Shown in pieces: positions 1-12,635 of a stretch of 35,768 nucleotides of DNA. Source of the stretch: Intoshia linei (lineage: Eukaryota; Animalia; Orthonectida); NCBI GenBank assembly GCA_001642005.1, contig LWCA01000260.1:1-35768 (forward strand). Direction: 5' to 3'. The notes below the pieces were generated by a model. It had not been told where the DNA came from, searched no databases, and saw only the letters and a list, made by a program, of their open reading frames with translations. A program made the position numbers and the translations under genes. Numbering within the stretch: position 1 is the first letter of the stretch; each line of letters opens with the position of its first letter.

Positions 1-501
1 TATTTTCATAGTAATAACAAACATAAATCAAATACAGGTATGTCTCAATTTTTTCGGAAAATCCCGGAAATTTTGTCCCGGTTTTTTCCCCGGCACAATC
101 ACTACGGCCTATGGCCCTAATTCGACCATCGAGATGCTACACTGAATTTTAATATTAGTCCATTTTTTTCAATATTAAAAAATTATAATAAGTTTTTTTA
201 CAAAAATTAAATTTGCAAAAAGCGGAGCGGTTTGACTCAAAATTGTTTGGAAAAATGCACCATCAACTCATAATTCAAATTATGATCTATCAGTCCATAA
301 TTATAATTAAATAAATGAACAAACATTTTATATCGGTAATTTACCTTATTAGGTGAAAAAAAATTTGCCTACCAATATATTACGAAATAAGCTTAATAAT
401 AAATGCTACCCTGGTTTAAATGAAAATATCACTTTTAAAGTACCAATGAATAGAGTAATTTTATGCTGAAACGTGTCACATTAGGGGTGGTCATTTTTGT
501 C

Positions 502-725
502 ATGTCTGTTTACAAAAATAGGAGGCAGTTTACCAATACTGAGGAACTAACAAAATTGATTATATTGAAATGGTTTAAAATTGATCAAAATCTTTTACAA
601 AAATTAATAACGTCTATGAAAAATAGATGTCTTGATGTTGTACAAAATAAAGGAGAAAAAACACACTATTAAATATGTAAATAAATATACTAAATTATTT
701 TTATTCATTGGACTTATGTTTATTT
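502..725 (+). mobile_element. Tc1/mariner transposase C-terminal remnant
   Basis: ORF 463-672 ends VYKNRRQFTNTEELTKLIILKWFKIDQNLLQKLITSMKNRCLDVVQNKGEKTHY*, matching the Tc1 C-terminal pattern VY..RQF...EL...I...W..I....L..L..SM..R...V....G..T.Y. The DDE core and TIRs are not found. Confidence 0.75.
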
Positions 726-892
726 CGCTCATTATAATAAATTTTTTGTAATAACTTTTTGTTGAAAAAAGATATAATTATAATAGATATATCATCAAGT
801 GTCGCTTCTTTTGTATATCTTAGTGTAAAAAGTTCACCTTTCAATCACAATTATTAACAAAAACATAACAAAAAAAATGTTGAGCTTATAGA

Positions 893-1490
893 AAGGGAAG
901 GAATGATAGAGCTCAATGCATGAATTATCATTTTATAATGTGTAATTCCAATCTTAAACCTTATCTCTTAAAATGCATAAAAAAACATCAAAATGATGAA
1001 AATAAATTTATTGAGAATTTTCGCATTAAGAGAGCACGATATGACCAAAAATAGAAAAGTAGATATAGGTGGGAAGATAAGTTGTCACACGATATGAGAG
1101 TTTGTTTATCTCAAACAAAACCAAATATGATAAACTTGTTTACGATAAACAACAACAAAACTCTCATTAATTATATTGTCAATGATGAATCATCACAAAT
1201 TTATTATGTAAATTAAAATATTTTTTTAATTACATAGTTTTGTTGCTTTTATATATTCCAGAAAAATATTGGTTTAATTGACATGATATATAATTTAAAT
1301 CTCATCGAATACAGTTTCTATCGTCATTTATTGATTATGTTCGATATGGTGATTTTTTTAATAAAATACTCAATAAAATACGACTTTCAAGTTGAATTTT
1401 AAGGTATAATTTTTTATTTTTGCAGGGGTGCTGGAAATAATTGATCTGGCTAACGGGGGTGCTAAATTTAAAAAAGGTTGAGAAACCCTG
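893..1490 (+). mobile_element. Internally deleted non-autonomous derivative of the Buster-type hAT at 10410-12635
   Basis: 893-1050 aligns to ~10598-10757 and 1077-1490 aligns to ~12222-12635. Ends in a right TIR AAGGTTGAGAAACCCTG (to 1490), followed by ATATATAG, which fits the Buster nnnTAnnn target. Left TIR not seen. Confidence 0.85.
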
Positions 1491-2010
1491 ATATATAGGA
1501 ATAAGTCCAAGATTAAAGTCATTTTTAAGACTATAAAGATGTACATTCAAGTATTTTTTATTTTTAAAATTGGTCCACTCATCAAATGATATTTTCCATC
1601 ATTAAATTTTATTGTAGAAATCTTTTCAATTATTTGTCTTGTAATTTTTTCAAAGTATCTATTTACAAGATTAATAACACAGTTTTGAGATATAGGCAAG
1701 CCAATTGGTCCTAAATTTTTTCGAATAAAATTTGATCCGGTATCTTGGTTTATGGTTAGTCTTACTTAGTTAACTAATCTTACGCAATCAATTATGAATT
1801 CAACCCTTTCGTGGCAATTATCATTTTTTTTAAATACACTGTTATATTTTGTTTGTTTTTTTTTATTTAAAGGTTCACCCAATGCTTTGATCATAAAATG
1901 TACGCGTGTTAAATAACGATGTAAATCAGGTGTAGAAGAATTTTTATAATTCATCATTTTACTCCAAATAAAGCATTTTGTCTTTCGTTTTCTCACTTAA
2001 AAGAATCCTA
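1491..2010 (-). pseudogene. Degenerate BED-finger hAT transposase fragment
   Basis: Minus-strand frames give KTKCFIWSKMMNYKNSSTPDLHRYLTRVH (decayed BED finger), FIRKNLGPIGLPISQNCVINLVNRYFEKIT and SFDEWTNFKNKKYLNVHLYSLKNDFNLGLIPIY (first catalytic D in DEWT). It is frameshifted and cut at 1490 by the Buster derivative. Confidence 0.7.
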
Positions 2011-2198
2011 TAAATTTTTAAATATAATTTTAAATTTAAAAATATTTCAATTTCTCAAGAATTCTCGAGAGTAAGCACTAGTTGGAATGATACGGTACAC
2101 AAATGTTAACAAAATAAAATTAAGTGGGAATAATTAGCTTTAAATATAAAATATATTTAAATATAATGAAAAAGTTAATATTTTGTTCATAGTAAAAC

Positions 2199-2360
2199 AA
2201 GGTTGCGACGACTCCTTTAAAAAATTGATAATAGTGAATAGTAGCATTTTTATGCACGATTTTATAATTTGATTTTATTTTTCATACAATTAAAAGTTCG
2301 CCCTTAGAAGAGCTAACTACTGTTTGTATATTGTACAAATTATATAATCAATCAAGCTAT
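2199..2360 (+). mobile_element. Degenerate Helitron 3' end carrying an embedded Buster-like TIR
   Basis: Similar to 29165-29322: AAGGTTGCGACGACTC-CTTTAAAAAATTGATAATAGTGAATAG, then CTGTTTGTA...TCAAGCTAT. Ends 16 bp from the PIEZO donor site. Confidence 0.55.
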
Positions 2361-2376
2361 ATAAATAAATAATTAC

Positions 2377-5300
2377 TTCAGTATAAATAATTATTGTATT
2401 CCAAAAAAATTTGCTTGGTCTAGGAATAGATATTGCCGCCCAAAAAAAGAGAGAAAGTGGATAAAACAATGAAATGACAGTTCCATAAACAGTAGCATTA
2501 AGAATAAAGCAAAAATAGCAAATATTCTGAGATTTAGAAATGATAGTAATAACAAAACCAATCAAAACATCAAACCAATCACTACTATCATGCGAATTTC
2601 TTAGACCAACATCTTCATTACAAGTAGAATATTCTTGATTAGAAATATTGACAACAACTTCTTGAACAGACACATTAGTAATACGATTAGAGTTGAACAA
2701 TTTCTTCATTTTTTCTCTTTCAACTTGCAATCTATCATAAACTGTTCTATAATCTCGTGATAAATTGTTTAAAATAATTAAAAGATTGGCTTTAACATGC
2801 ATAAAAAATCTTTTCAAACAAGAACAACATGAAAATTTTTCATTTTGGTCATCAATCACAACATTAGAATGGGTGTTAATATTTGGTGTATAATAATCAT
2901 AAACAAACTTAGATTCTACATTGTCATCATATGGAATATTTGATATATCATTAAAAACAGATGGTTCATTATCCAGCACTTGTTCTCCAGTTTCAACAAT
3001 AGCATCATCAAGTACATCCGACCCGTGTGAAACTCTTGCATCTTCAATATCGTATTCTAAATTATTGTCATCATAAATATTTTTCAATGAAATTTCTGCA
3101 CTATTTTTAGAATTATATAAAGTGGACAGTTGAGAATCTATATGATTATTATCGAGCACATCGCTAATATTTTCAGACAAGGCAGTGGATTTTAAAGGCT
3201 TCAAAGTTTCAATATCTCCAGTGCTACGTTCTGTACGGCTTCTTACCTTGTTTAGATTGATAATTTTTGTAGCAAATTTCTTGAGGTTACTTTGTGAAGG
3301 CTTAGTATTGTGACTTACAGCTTGTTGTATACCGTGAATAACGGACGTTGTAAATTGTTCAGTTCTATCCATTACGCCTGTGGAATGTGTGTCAACATTA
3401 TCACTATCCTCCTCATCATCATCAGCATGATTGTTCCATTTCGGGTCGTTTAGTTTAAAATAAGAATAACCAGTACGAATAACTTCATAATGATATTCTA
3501 AATCCCTACCAATTGAAAATTTTTCTCTGATTCTGGACGTACTTTCCCTAATTTTGATCATTACTTTTTCTTCCTCATGTTTCTGATTTCTGACTTCATC
3601 GATCAATTTAGCATCAATTATTTTGGCTCCATAAGAAGCCAATTCATCAGTAATACGCATAGAATCAACAACATGTCTAAAATACTGAGACATGAAAATT
3701 CGTCGTTGTATCAACAAGAGTATAATACATATGATATCATATGATCTATTAAAAACATCATTATCGTCAATTTCAGGTAGATTCATGTCAACATTATTGC
3801 AAGTGGAATATTTGGAACTATAACAAGGTATATCCATTAAAGTAGAAAGCCACTTTGGAAATTGATCAAAAATACAAATGGGGAATTGATACAGAGACGT
3901 AAAAAAAAGTACAAAATAAGTATACGCAACAACCAAAGTCCACATACCCATGAGTTTTTTGTGAGAGACTAAAAAGTAGAGACGCCCTTTTGAGAGAAAA
4001 AAGAAGGAGATTAAAACATAAATTAAACAAAGTATTGACTGTCTTTGACTCGATATAAAAACCCATAAAATAGAAATCCAATAAAACAGATAAAAAACTC
4101 CAATTTTAACGTAATCTAAATGAGAATGTCTTTCAATCATAAAATCTGGAACCGAAATTTTTTCATTTTTATCAATTTTAATGGTAATACAATCGTTATT
4201 ACCAGACCTGGATTTAATCGCTTCACATTTTTCGAGATAAAAAACAAAATGCTGATGAACAACAGTCAAAAGCAATATAAAATCGTATATTAAAACGCCA
4301 ATATCTGGCTTTCGCAGTATAGTGTTTTTATAAGGCGGAATAAATACATATGGCAATCCCATAAATATTTTTGCAGAACAAAAATTATTTGTAATCAAAG
4401 TATCCCACGGATATTTCATGCATAAATTCTGTGGTAGGCCTAATCCCAATCCATATTGAATAATTATAAGAAAAATTAAAACGACAATCCAAATTCCAAA
4501 ACACCTGCCACAAGCTTTTCTCTCAGAGAAAATGAAAATACCAGCCATAATTATGTGTAATATTCCAAAAAGATCAATATGATTAGCACTAGTTATTATT
4601 GCAAAAATTATTGACAATTCTAGCCCGAATCGGTAAAATCCAAAATTTACAATATATTTTATACAATTTGATATACTTGTATCCACGTGGTTAACGTATA
4701 CTCCTGGGAAAATGAGAGATTTGTCCATTTCAGCAATTTTTTCAACAGATTGAATATATTTTTGATACAATTGAGCAATCTTTGAAATAATTACAATGAT
4801 AATTATAATAATATAGGCCTTGGAGGACAAATTTTTTTTATCATTTTCATACAATAACCATCCCAAAATTCCAAAATCGTAATGATCCTTGTGATGAATA
4901 AATGCAGCATTAGATAACATCATTTTATCAAAATTAGACTTGCATTGGAACATTAGTGTCAAAGAATTGTGTAAAATTAAATCATTAATCAGATTCAACT
5001 GAAAAATTTGACGTAAAACTAGCGCCATACATGTCAATATCAAAATAATTGTGATAATAAAGGATTTGGCTTTTAAAAAAGGAATCATACATACAATGAA
5101 AATTAATATAACAAAATTAACCAAAGTAACTTGATTAAGGATCAAAAAAGCAGCACTAATCAAGACTGCCAGGTACAAGTAATTGTCACAAATTCTCCAA
5201 AAATACCAGAATAATGGACTAATATATTTGTCATAAAAATATACACATGGATCATAAATTCCTAGAAATAGATTGACATATCGTTGTCCATTTTCATTTT

Positions 5301-8300
5301 TATTACCGTTATACATGTTTTTCACCAATTTTCTAAATTTTTGAGCATTATTGACGGCTTCAAAAGTGGTTTGATCAACTTCTCCAGTCTGAGTTATTAA
5401 TAAATGTACATTTTGAAAATATTGCAATTGAATAATAATTACAATTAAAAAAAAGGTGGGTGTCAATAAGCGGACAAATAATTCCGTTAAATCATATCTC
5501 TTCAATCCCAAATCCGCCAATTGTTCGTTATTCATTTGAGTCACACTTTTGGTATATTCCATGATAAATTTAAATTGATACAAATATATAAATATCAAAA
5601 CCAGTATTGAATATATTATCACTGTCCACCAATAATAGGTTATAGTACGTCTCCAAATCCGAAAACTAATTTTAAATAGAATAGCAGACAATGAGAATAA
5701 AATAAGATATATAATTCTGTAAACAATACAATTTTGAACTGAAATGGATAAAAACATGAGACAAACCATAAAAATCCAATACTTAGCCAACAATTTCCAT
5801 AAATAAGTCCCAATAAAGATAGTTAAATCAGAATGTATAAATTGAGAATTTGGCGAAGAATCAGACAAGAATCGATCAGTCCGCGAATTAATATTTTGTC
5901 TAACCCTAGGACGGGAAACCTGTGCAATTTGCATCATTGATTGTTTGAGTCCAATAGAAAAAATGAAAGCAAATATAGTTTTAATGCACAAATGAAAAAA
6001 TGGATCAAATGTTATGAAATTTTCGAGAGGTATTGTAGCGATTCCAATATCATTAATGGATATATCTTTTGTAAGGTATTTTGGCATATTTGATAAATCC
6101 ATATTGTAAATATATTGACCCAAAATCAGAATTAAAGCCCATATTACGATGAACGGAGACGAATACATGTATACCAATCTGGACTGCGTCATCCACACAA
6201 AACAAGCTCCCAAAAGGTAAATAAACGTCATACAACTATGATAAGAAATTGACCACACCATCATCATAATAATAGTCAAAACGTAATTGTGTCTAAAGAG
6301 ATAAAACTGCAAAGATTCATAAAATGAAAGTATTTTAACATCTACATGATCACATGACGTGTTTTCGTCTATAGAACAAGAACTAGAGGAATTTACAGGT
6401 TGCACAGACAGCGAATTTCGCAACCTATCCATAAAGGTCGTTATAGATATATACGATGTTTGAATCCCTCTGGATATTGAATCTACCAAATACTTTGCAG
6501 AAATGATGTAATACAAAACAATAAGACTAATGGGAGATAAAATGTCTTTCCAGGTAATATTTTCACTTGCACTGGTAATCCAAGGTAAATTCGGATTAGG
6601 AACCTGTATGAAAGCTCGAAGTCCCATCAATTTTGTAAACATGGGTTTTAGGTTGATAAAATTTTGAATTTCATAAATTTGGTACAGGTAAATCAAAGAT
6701 ATATACAAAAGAGTATATAATATTATAAATTTATAATAATGTAACTGAAACTTTTCTCCAAATTTTATGTGCATCGCCCAACAACTCAATATGGTGAAAA
6801 ATGTTATAAAATAAATGAATGAGGCTACAGATGGTAAAATTGCTCCAGCAAAATAAATGCTTATCGCAAATACAAAAGAAAATATACTGTTCAATTTCTT
6901 TCGTTTTGGAGAAGTTTGGAGTGGGTGTTCTTCTATTGTACATTTAAATTTTTTCAAAAATAAAAGTATAGCAACATATGTGAAAAGATTGACAAAAATT
7001 ACTAATGGTTCAGATACTATTTTAAAAATATTTGTAATGTTTGAGTAATCTACACGTTGAAATCCAATTATTCGCAGAATTATTTCAGTATAACAGTTGG
7101 CTGATAAATATTGATTAACCAAGTGTGGGTATTTCACATAACAAACACCGATGATCATTTGAAAAATTGATTGAAGGATAAAGAGTATGCCACATAAAAT
7201 GCATGTTATTTTGAAAAATGTCTTTATGTTGACTAAAATTAAGATTAATCATATTTTAGGGTTGATAATTATACATCTTTTTTCATAGTTTTTTCAAAAA
7301 TAGTCAGAAACAATGAAATATAACAGGTTCCCATATAGCAGAAGCTACCATGCTCGAAACCTTAAACAAATTAGTAAACTAAAGATACTTCCATTTCATT
7401 GGCCCTAGCTACCTCTACACAGTTTTGGACACAAAATAGTTGTGATATTTTAAAACATAATGTTTTTAATGTTAGAAAAATTCGTGAGACCATCCGAGGT
7501 GGGTATTGGTACGGTATGTTTGATTTTTGTATTATCGGCAAAGTTTTGACACCACGCGGCAGTACTAGTGGTCGTATGAGTGGTCGCGCTTACAATAAAA
7601 TTCAAGCTATATTTTGTTTAAAACAGTGTTTCTAAACCTTTTTGCCATTAAAGTGAACTTGGACATTATTACGAAAAATTTGACGCACAAGCAGATAAAA
7701 AATAGTAAATATTTGATAAATATTCGATTTTGTGTTCGGAAAAATTTCTAAGGTTCATTATCATTACTTATATAATATGCTACGCAATATTTGTTTGTGT
7801 GTGTGTTCCATTTTATTTCAATAACTACCAGTCTTAGAATTTTATAAATTTCACATTTCAAAGACAGTTTTTTTCGGGGAATATAATAAGATAAATTTCC
7901 ACCTCCCAAATTCATATCTTACGGGTCAAAACCCCAATTATCCTTTTTTTGAAAATCAAATCAGTTGGAGAATTTAAAAAAATATATACACTGATACGGA
8001 TTTTATAATCATAAACATTATCATAAAAATAAAATTAAAAAAATATCTTCAGAGCCAAAACCACAAATTACCCTTTTTTTATTATGAAAACAGCCCTAGA
8101 ATTTCAAAAAATTTACAGGTGATACAGTTGTATCCTGTTAACACACAAAAAATTCAATCCGAATAAGTGATGACTTCACGGTCAGAAAAAAATTTTAGTA
8201 TTCATATATTTTTTTTCCGAAATATTTTATTAAAACAAAAAATGTTGAATAATTTACTGATCCGAAAATTAAAAAAAAAATTATTCTGATAGAGCTTATT

Positions 8301-9733
8301 CTAGTTGATATAAATACAAAAGTTCAACCCGTGAAATCTTCGCATTCCCGATGAAAAATAATTTTTAATATTTTATCAACCAATATTTTGCGAATATTTC
8401 AATTAAAATAAAAATTGAAAATGTAAATATTGATCCTACAATTTCAAAAAAATGTACATTGAATGTCATTGAATGAACATTTCCAATAAAGAAATATGGG
8501 TGAAAATCTATATAATTCATTTTTTCGGAATTTTTTTCATTGCTACGCAATTTTTAAATTTCCAATTCTCATTTTCAAAACATTTTGTTTCAAATTAATC
8601 AACTTAAACTACAACAACAAAACTAAAAGTAATACAACTTTGTTATCATCATTTTTATATTTATTACAATTCTTTGCAATATTGGTAAAATTCGCCTGAA
8701 TATGTTTATAAAGTGAAGATTCCGTTAATTATTGATACATAATTGGTATTTTTAAGTATTTATTAAATTGGTACTGAATATATATCATCACATTGAAAAT
8801 AACAAAATAGGTTTTTATAATTTTATTTTTTATAGAATTTATACTATTTATGACAATTTTTAGGATAGGACTGTTTTTACTTTAAAAACTGCAAATTTAA
8901 GATCAAAAGATATTTTTATGTTATAAAAAAAATATAAACTATTAAATTAATGTAACTGACTCTAAGTGTGTATATAAAATGGTATTCAGCTCATTTTCAA
9001 TTTTCCCTCGGCATCCATAAAATTTTCTTAGCGCAGCGGTTGAAAACATGATGTAAAATTTAAACAAACATAAAATATTGAGAAAAGTGAATTTTTTTCT
9101 GGTAAAGTTCGAAAAATGGATTTTTAAAAAAACATTGATAAAAAAGATTTTGTTAAAGGCTTGGTAAAATTGAATTTTTTAGATTAGATTTGGTTGGAGA
9201 TATAGTCAGTAATTGTCAATATAATATTTTGACAAATTATTCATTTAATCCCTATTCATCTCTAATCATTAAAAAATTTTGCATTCACTGCTTGGGTCAC
9301 CAATTACCGCATGAGAAGCAACTGCTTAAATGGTTGTTCATGTTACATTTATACTATAATGTAATAATTATGTCCCTTAAACTCAAATATATTTAATTAA
9401 GACTAATTAATTATGCATTTTTAAGTAAAAAAGGGTCCCGATTTTACAATAATGTCTTATAGGCCGCACAAGACACGTTAGGTTCGGCACATCGTCCACA
9501 TCTAACAAAATATTCGCTACTACTTTATCAATCATTATTTGAATATAAAAATTACCCAAGTTTTTTTTGTATGATACAGTTAAAGAGAATAATCCAAAAT
9601 ATAAGTACAAAAGAGAAATAACACTAAATCGTAAAGATGAGGCTAAAATAAATAAAATAATAAATAAAATAAATTTTTTTACCAATCATCATAAACAAAG
9701 GATAAATAATATAGCATAAAACTTTGATGACTA
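2377..9733 (-). CDS. PIEZO: Piezo-type mechanosensitive ion channel, 5' part (C-terminal pore module outside window)
   Basis: Exons 9683-9733, 9556-9642 and 2377-7232 join in frame across GT-AG introns of 40 and 2323 bp: VIKVLCYIIYPLFMMIASSLRFSVISLLYL...KKNLVNIKTFF. Many TM segments and Piezo motifs: MMVWSISYHSCMTF, LLAKYWIFMV, FYRFGLE, QYGLGLGLPQNLCMKYPW, LLIQRRIFMSQYF, WAAISIPRPSKFFWNTIIIYTE followed by a donor at 2376. Start codon uncertain (possibly ATG at 9898 via a 47-bp intron 9734-9780). Confidence 0.93.
7624..9050. mobile_element. Putative Buster/Charlie-type hAT MITE with a nested Helitron, in a PIEZO intron
   Basis: Left TIR CAGTGTTTCTAAACCTT at 7624 preceded by GTTTAAAA. Degenerate right end GGTTGAAAACATG to 9050 followed by ATGTAAAA (6/8 match to the left target). 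Confidence 0.45.
7761..8890 (+). mobile_element. Non-autonomous Helitron family A copy (5' end present)
   Basis: Starts A|TCATTACTTATATAATATGCTACGC..TTTGTTTGTGTGTG. Highly similar to 26160-27851 (inverted), 28670-29010, 30311-30660 and 34955-35257 (inverted). Confidence 0.8.
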
Positions 9734-10339
9734 CTAAATTGAAATTAAAATATATTGGATAGAATTGAAAATATCAATACAATTTGTACAAAATTTGCTT
9801 ACTTTTGTATATAACAAATTAAATAAATGTATAATTGAAATGACATAATAGCCACAAAAATGAGAAAATATAAGTAACTCGTTATAATGATAATTCATTC
9901 TATATGTAAAAATAACCAACCCAAGTAATCATTCCCTCTATCAGACTGTCTTGTACTAAGAACTACACTTTGTGGTTCGGATCGTTGAGATATTACATTA
10001 TTTTTAAAGGAAACATGTTTTTCCAGTTTATTATTGGATTTTTTACATAATAACCCTTCTTCTTCAATGTGGTTCGATTCGCTTACATTTTCTTCCAACA
10101 TTTAAAAATTAGTTCGTATTAAACACCTGTTCAAAGTAAACATTGAAAAGTTGGAAAAACTAAAAATTTACATGCATGTTTATTTTCAATTATTCATTAA
10201 CAACGTTTAACTACGTTAAATTAACGGTTAATGATACAACTATAATATAGATTCTATATATGATATCGATACAATGAAACGATGGGAAGATAAAATTTTA
10301 TTTATGTCAATACAAAAAGCATTTATTGAGATAACAAGG

Positions 10340-10408
10340 TCATTTACAAAGACCAATAACTTCACATACAATTCTGGTTTCAGCGTGATTTGTCGTTTTT
10401 GAATCATC
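10340..10408 (-). pseudogene. SOD1: Remnant of a duplicated Cu/Zn SOD1 last exon
   Basis: Translates DDSKTTNHAETRIVCEVIGLCK* versus [22 protein letters not shown] of the intact gene. The 3' UTR also matches (TATTGAGATAA; TAAAATTTTATTTA). Confidence 0.85.
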
Positions 10409-10409
10409 T

Positions 10410-12635
10410 GAAAAAATTGTTAATAAAAAAATCTAATTAAACATTTTCAATTATTTATAGTATTTATATGAATATTATGAGTATTTTCAAATTGAAATTT
10501 ACTTTATTACTCAAATAAGTGTATATTGATCTATGCAAAAAATTCGCAAATGGAACAATGAATACGTAAAGTTTGGATTTACTGGGCTTATAAAAAGTGG
10601 GAAGAATGATAGAGCTCAATGCATGAACTGTCATTTTATAATGTGTAATTCCAATCTTAAACCTTGTCGTCTCTTTAAACATCTAGAAAAACATCCAAAC
10701 GATGAAAATACATCGATTGATAATTTTCGCATTAAGATATCACGATATGACCAAAAAGGGAAAATAGCTGCCATTCTTCATAAATCTTCTGCTAAACCTC
10801 TGATTTAATCATCATATGAAATTGCATATATTTGTATGTGAAAATTGGTTTCATATTCAATTCCAGAATCTGTTATAAAGTCATGTACAATACGAATGGT
10901 TGAATTAGGTTTAGGGTTAAATGCTGCAAAAGCAATTAAGGATGTACCGCTTTCAAATGATGTTATAGCTGAAAGAGTAATCGATTTAAATTTCGATATT
11001 TTGGATCAAGTAGTTACTGAATTAAAAATGAGCCCTATTCGCATAAGTCTCGAAATTGATGAATCTACAGATATTTCTAGCGTATGTTAATTAATTGTTT
11101 ATGTACGATATATCAAAGATAATTTATTTAAAGATGAATTTTTATTTTTTAGAAGTTTAAAATTAACAACAAAATCTTTACAAATATTTGAAATTGTAGA
11201 TGAATTTTTTAGTAAATATAATCTAGATTGGCTTAAAATAGGATCGGTATGTACAGATGGTGCTCCATCAATGATTGGATGTAAATCAGGTTTCACTGCA
11301 TTATTGAAAGAAAAGGTACCAGATATCATAATCAAACATTGCATTTTACATCGTCATGCTTTGTCGGTACGAACACTCCCGCCCTCTTTCAATAAAGTTT
11401 TTTCAGAATGTGTTAAAGTAGTTAACTTCATTAGGGGACGTGCATTAAATCACAGATTATTTAAAATTTTGTGTGAAGAAATGCAAAGTGAATATGATGT
11501 TATTCTTTTTCATTCAAATGTTCGGTGGTTATCGCGTGAAAAAGAATTCAGTTGGATAGCACAACTACATGGTGAAATTACTTCTCAAATTAGTTTTTCT
11601 TCGCCAAAGACAAAGTGAACTTGCGGACAATTTTGAAAATGATGAATTTTTACTTTCTGTTTTATTTAGCAGATACATTTAGCCATTTAAATGGTTTGAA
11701 TGCTACAATGCAGGGAACATCTATAAATATGATTTTATGTAACGAAAAGTTTGAATTATTTAAGAAAAAATTAGTACTGTGGAAGCGACGAGTTTAAAAC
11801 GGGAACTTATGTAAGTTTCCATATCTGTAAATTCACCATTTATTATTGAAAATATTAATCATCTTTCTAGTCTGGAAATAAATATGAAACATTTCCCTCC
11901 TAATTTATCTACTCCTTATTGGATTCAACAACCTTTTTTAGCAAAAATGGATGATAACAATTTAAAAGAAAATTTTTTAGATTTACAATAAAATAGCTGT
12001 TGTAGAACAAAGTTTGACGTTATGATTTTATTTGAATTTTGGTGTTCACAAATTAATACATATCCTAAACTTTTTAAATTTGCATTGGAAAAAATTAGCC
12101 TTTTATTAATAACATATCTCTGCGAGAAAGCATTTTCAAGTATAATTAGATCTTATGACAATTAATTTATAATATAGCTATGCTTCACATAAAATCGAAA
12201 ACTAGAAATAGATTAGGGGGTTAAGTTGTCACACGATATGAGAGTTGTTTTATCTCAAACAAAACCCAGATATGATAAACTTGTTTCCGATAAACAGCAA
12301 CAAAAATCTCATTTATTATATAATCAGTGATGATTCATCACAAATTTATTATGTAAATTAAAATATTTTTTTGATTACATAGTTTTGTTGCTTTTATATA
12401 CAGATTGTATTCCAGAAAAAAATTGGTTTAATTGATATATATAATTTAAATCTCATCAAATACAGCTTCTATGTTCATTTATTGATTATGTTCGATAAGA
12501 TGATTTTTTAAAATCTCAATAAAATACGATTTTTAAGTTGAATTTTAAGTCATCATTTTATATTTTTTCAGGGGTGCTGAAAATAATTGATCTGGCTAAC
12601 GGGGTGCTAAATTTAAAAAAGGTTAATAAACCCTG
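10410..12635 (+). mobile_element. Buster-type hAT transposon (ZBED5/ZBED8/SCAND3-like) with a pseudogenised transposase
   Basis: Broken ORFs from 10533 to ~12315: RKWNNEYVKFGF..QCMNCHFIMCNSNLKP..L..H, IDESTDIS (D1), VCTDGAPSMIG (D2), HCILHRHAL, VRWLSR, TYLCEKAFS (E), KQQQKSH. Several stops and frameshifts. Right TIR AAGGTTAATAAACCCTG ends at 12635; left TIR missing, so the left boundary is approximate. Confidence 0.92.

Noticed and set aside
3866-7048. Short ORFs overlapping PIEZO (3866, 6053, 6731, 6857)
   Set aside because: Alternative-frame or antisense by-products of the long exon with no recognisable motifs.
7275-7420. Extra PIEZO exon(s) near a 28-bp intron-like segment with TACTAAT
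   Set aside because: The phase combinations I tried gave stops. The direct splice 9556 to 7232 keeps the frame and the Piezo alignment.
8365-8699. ORFs 8365-8550 and 8496-8699 (likewise 25462, 29089, 30225)
   Set aside because: They lie in or overlap Helitron or MITE sequence and are low-complexity AT-rich translations.
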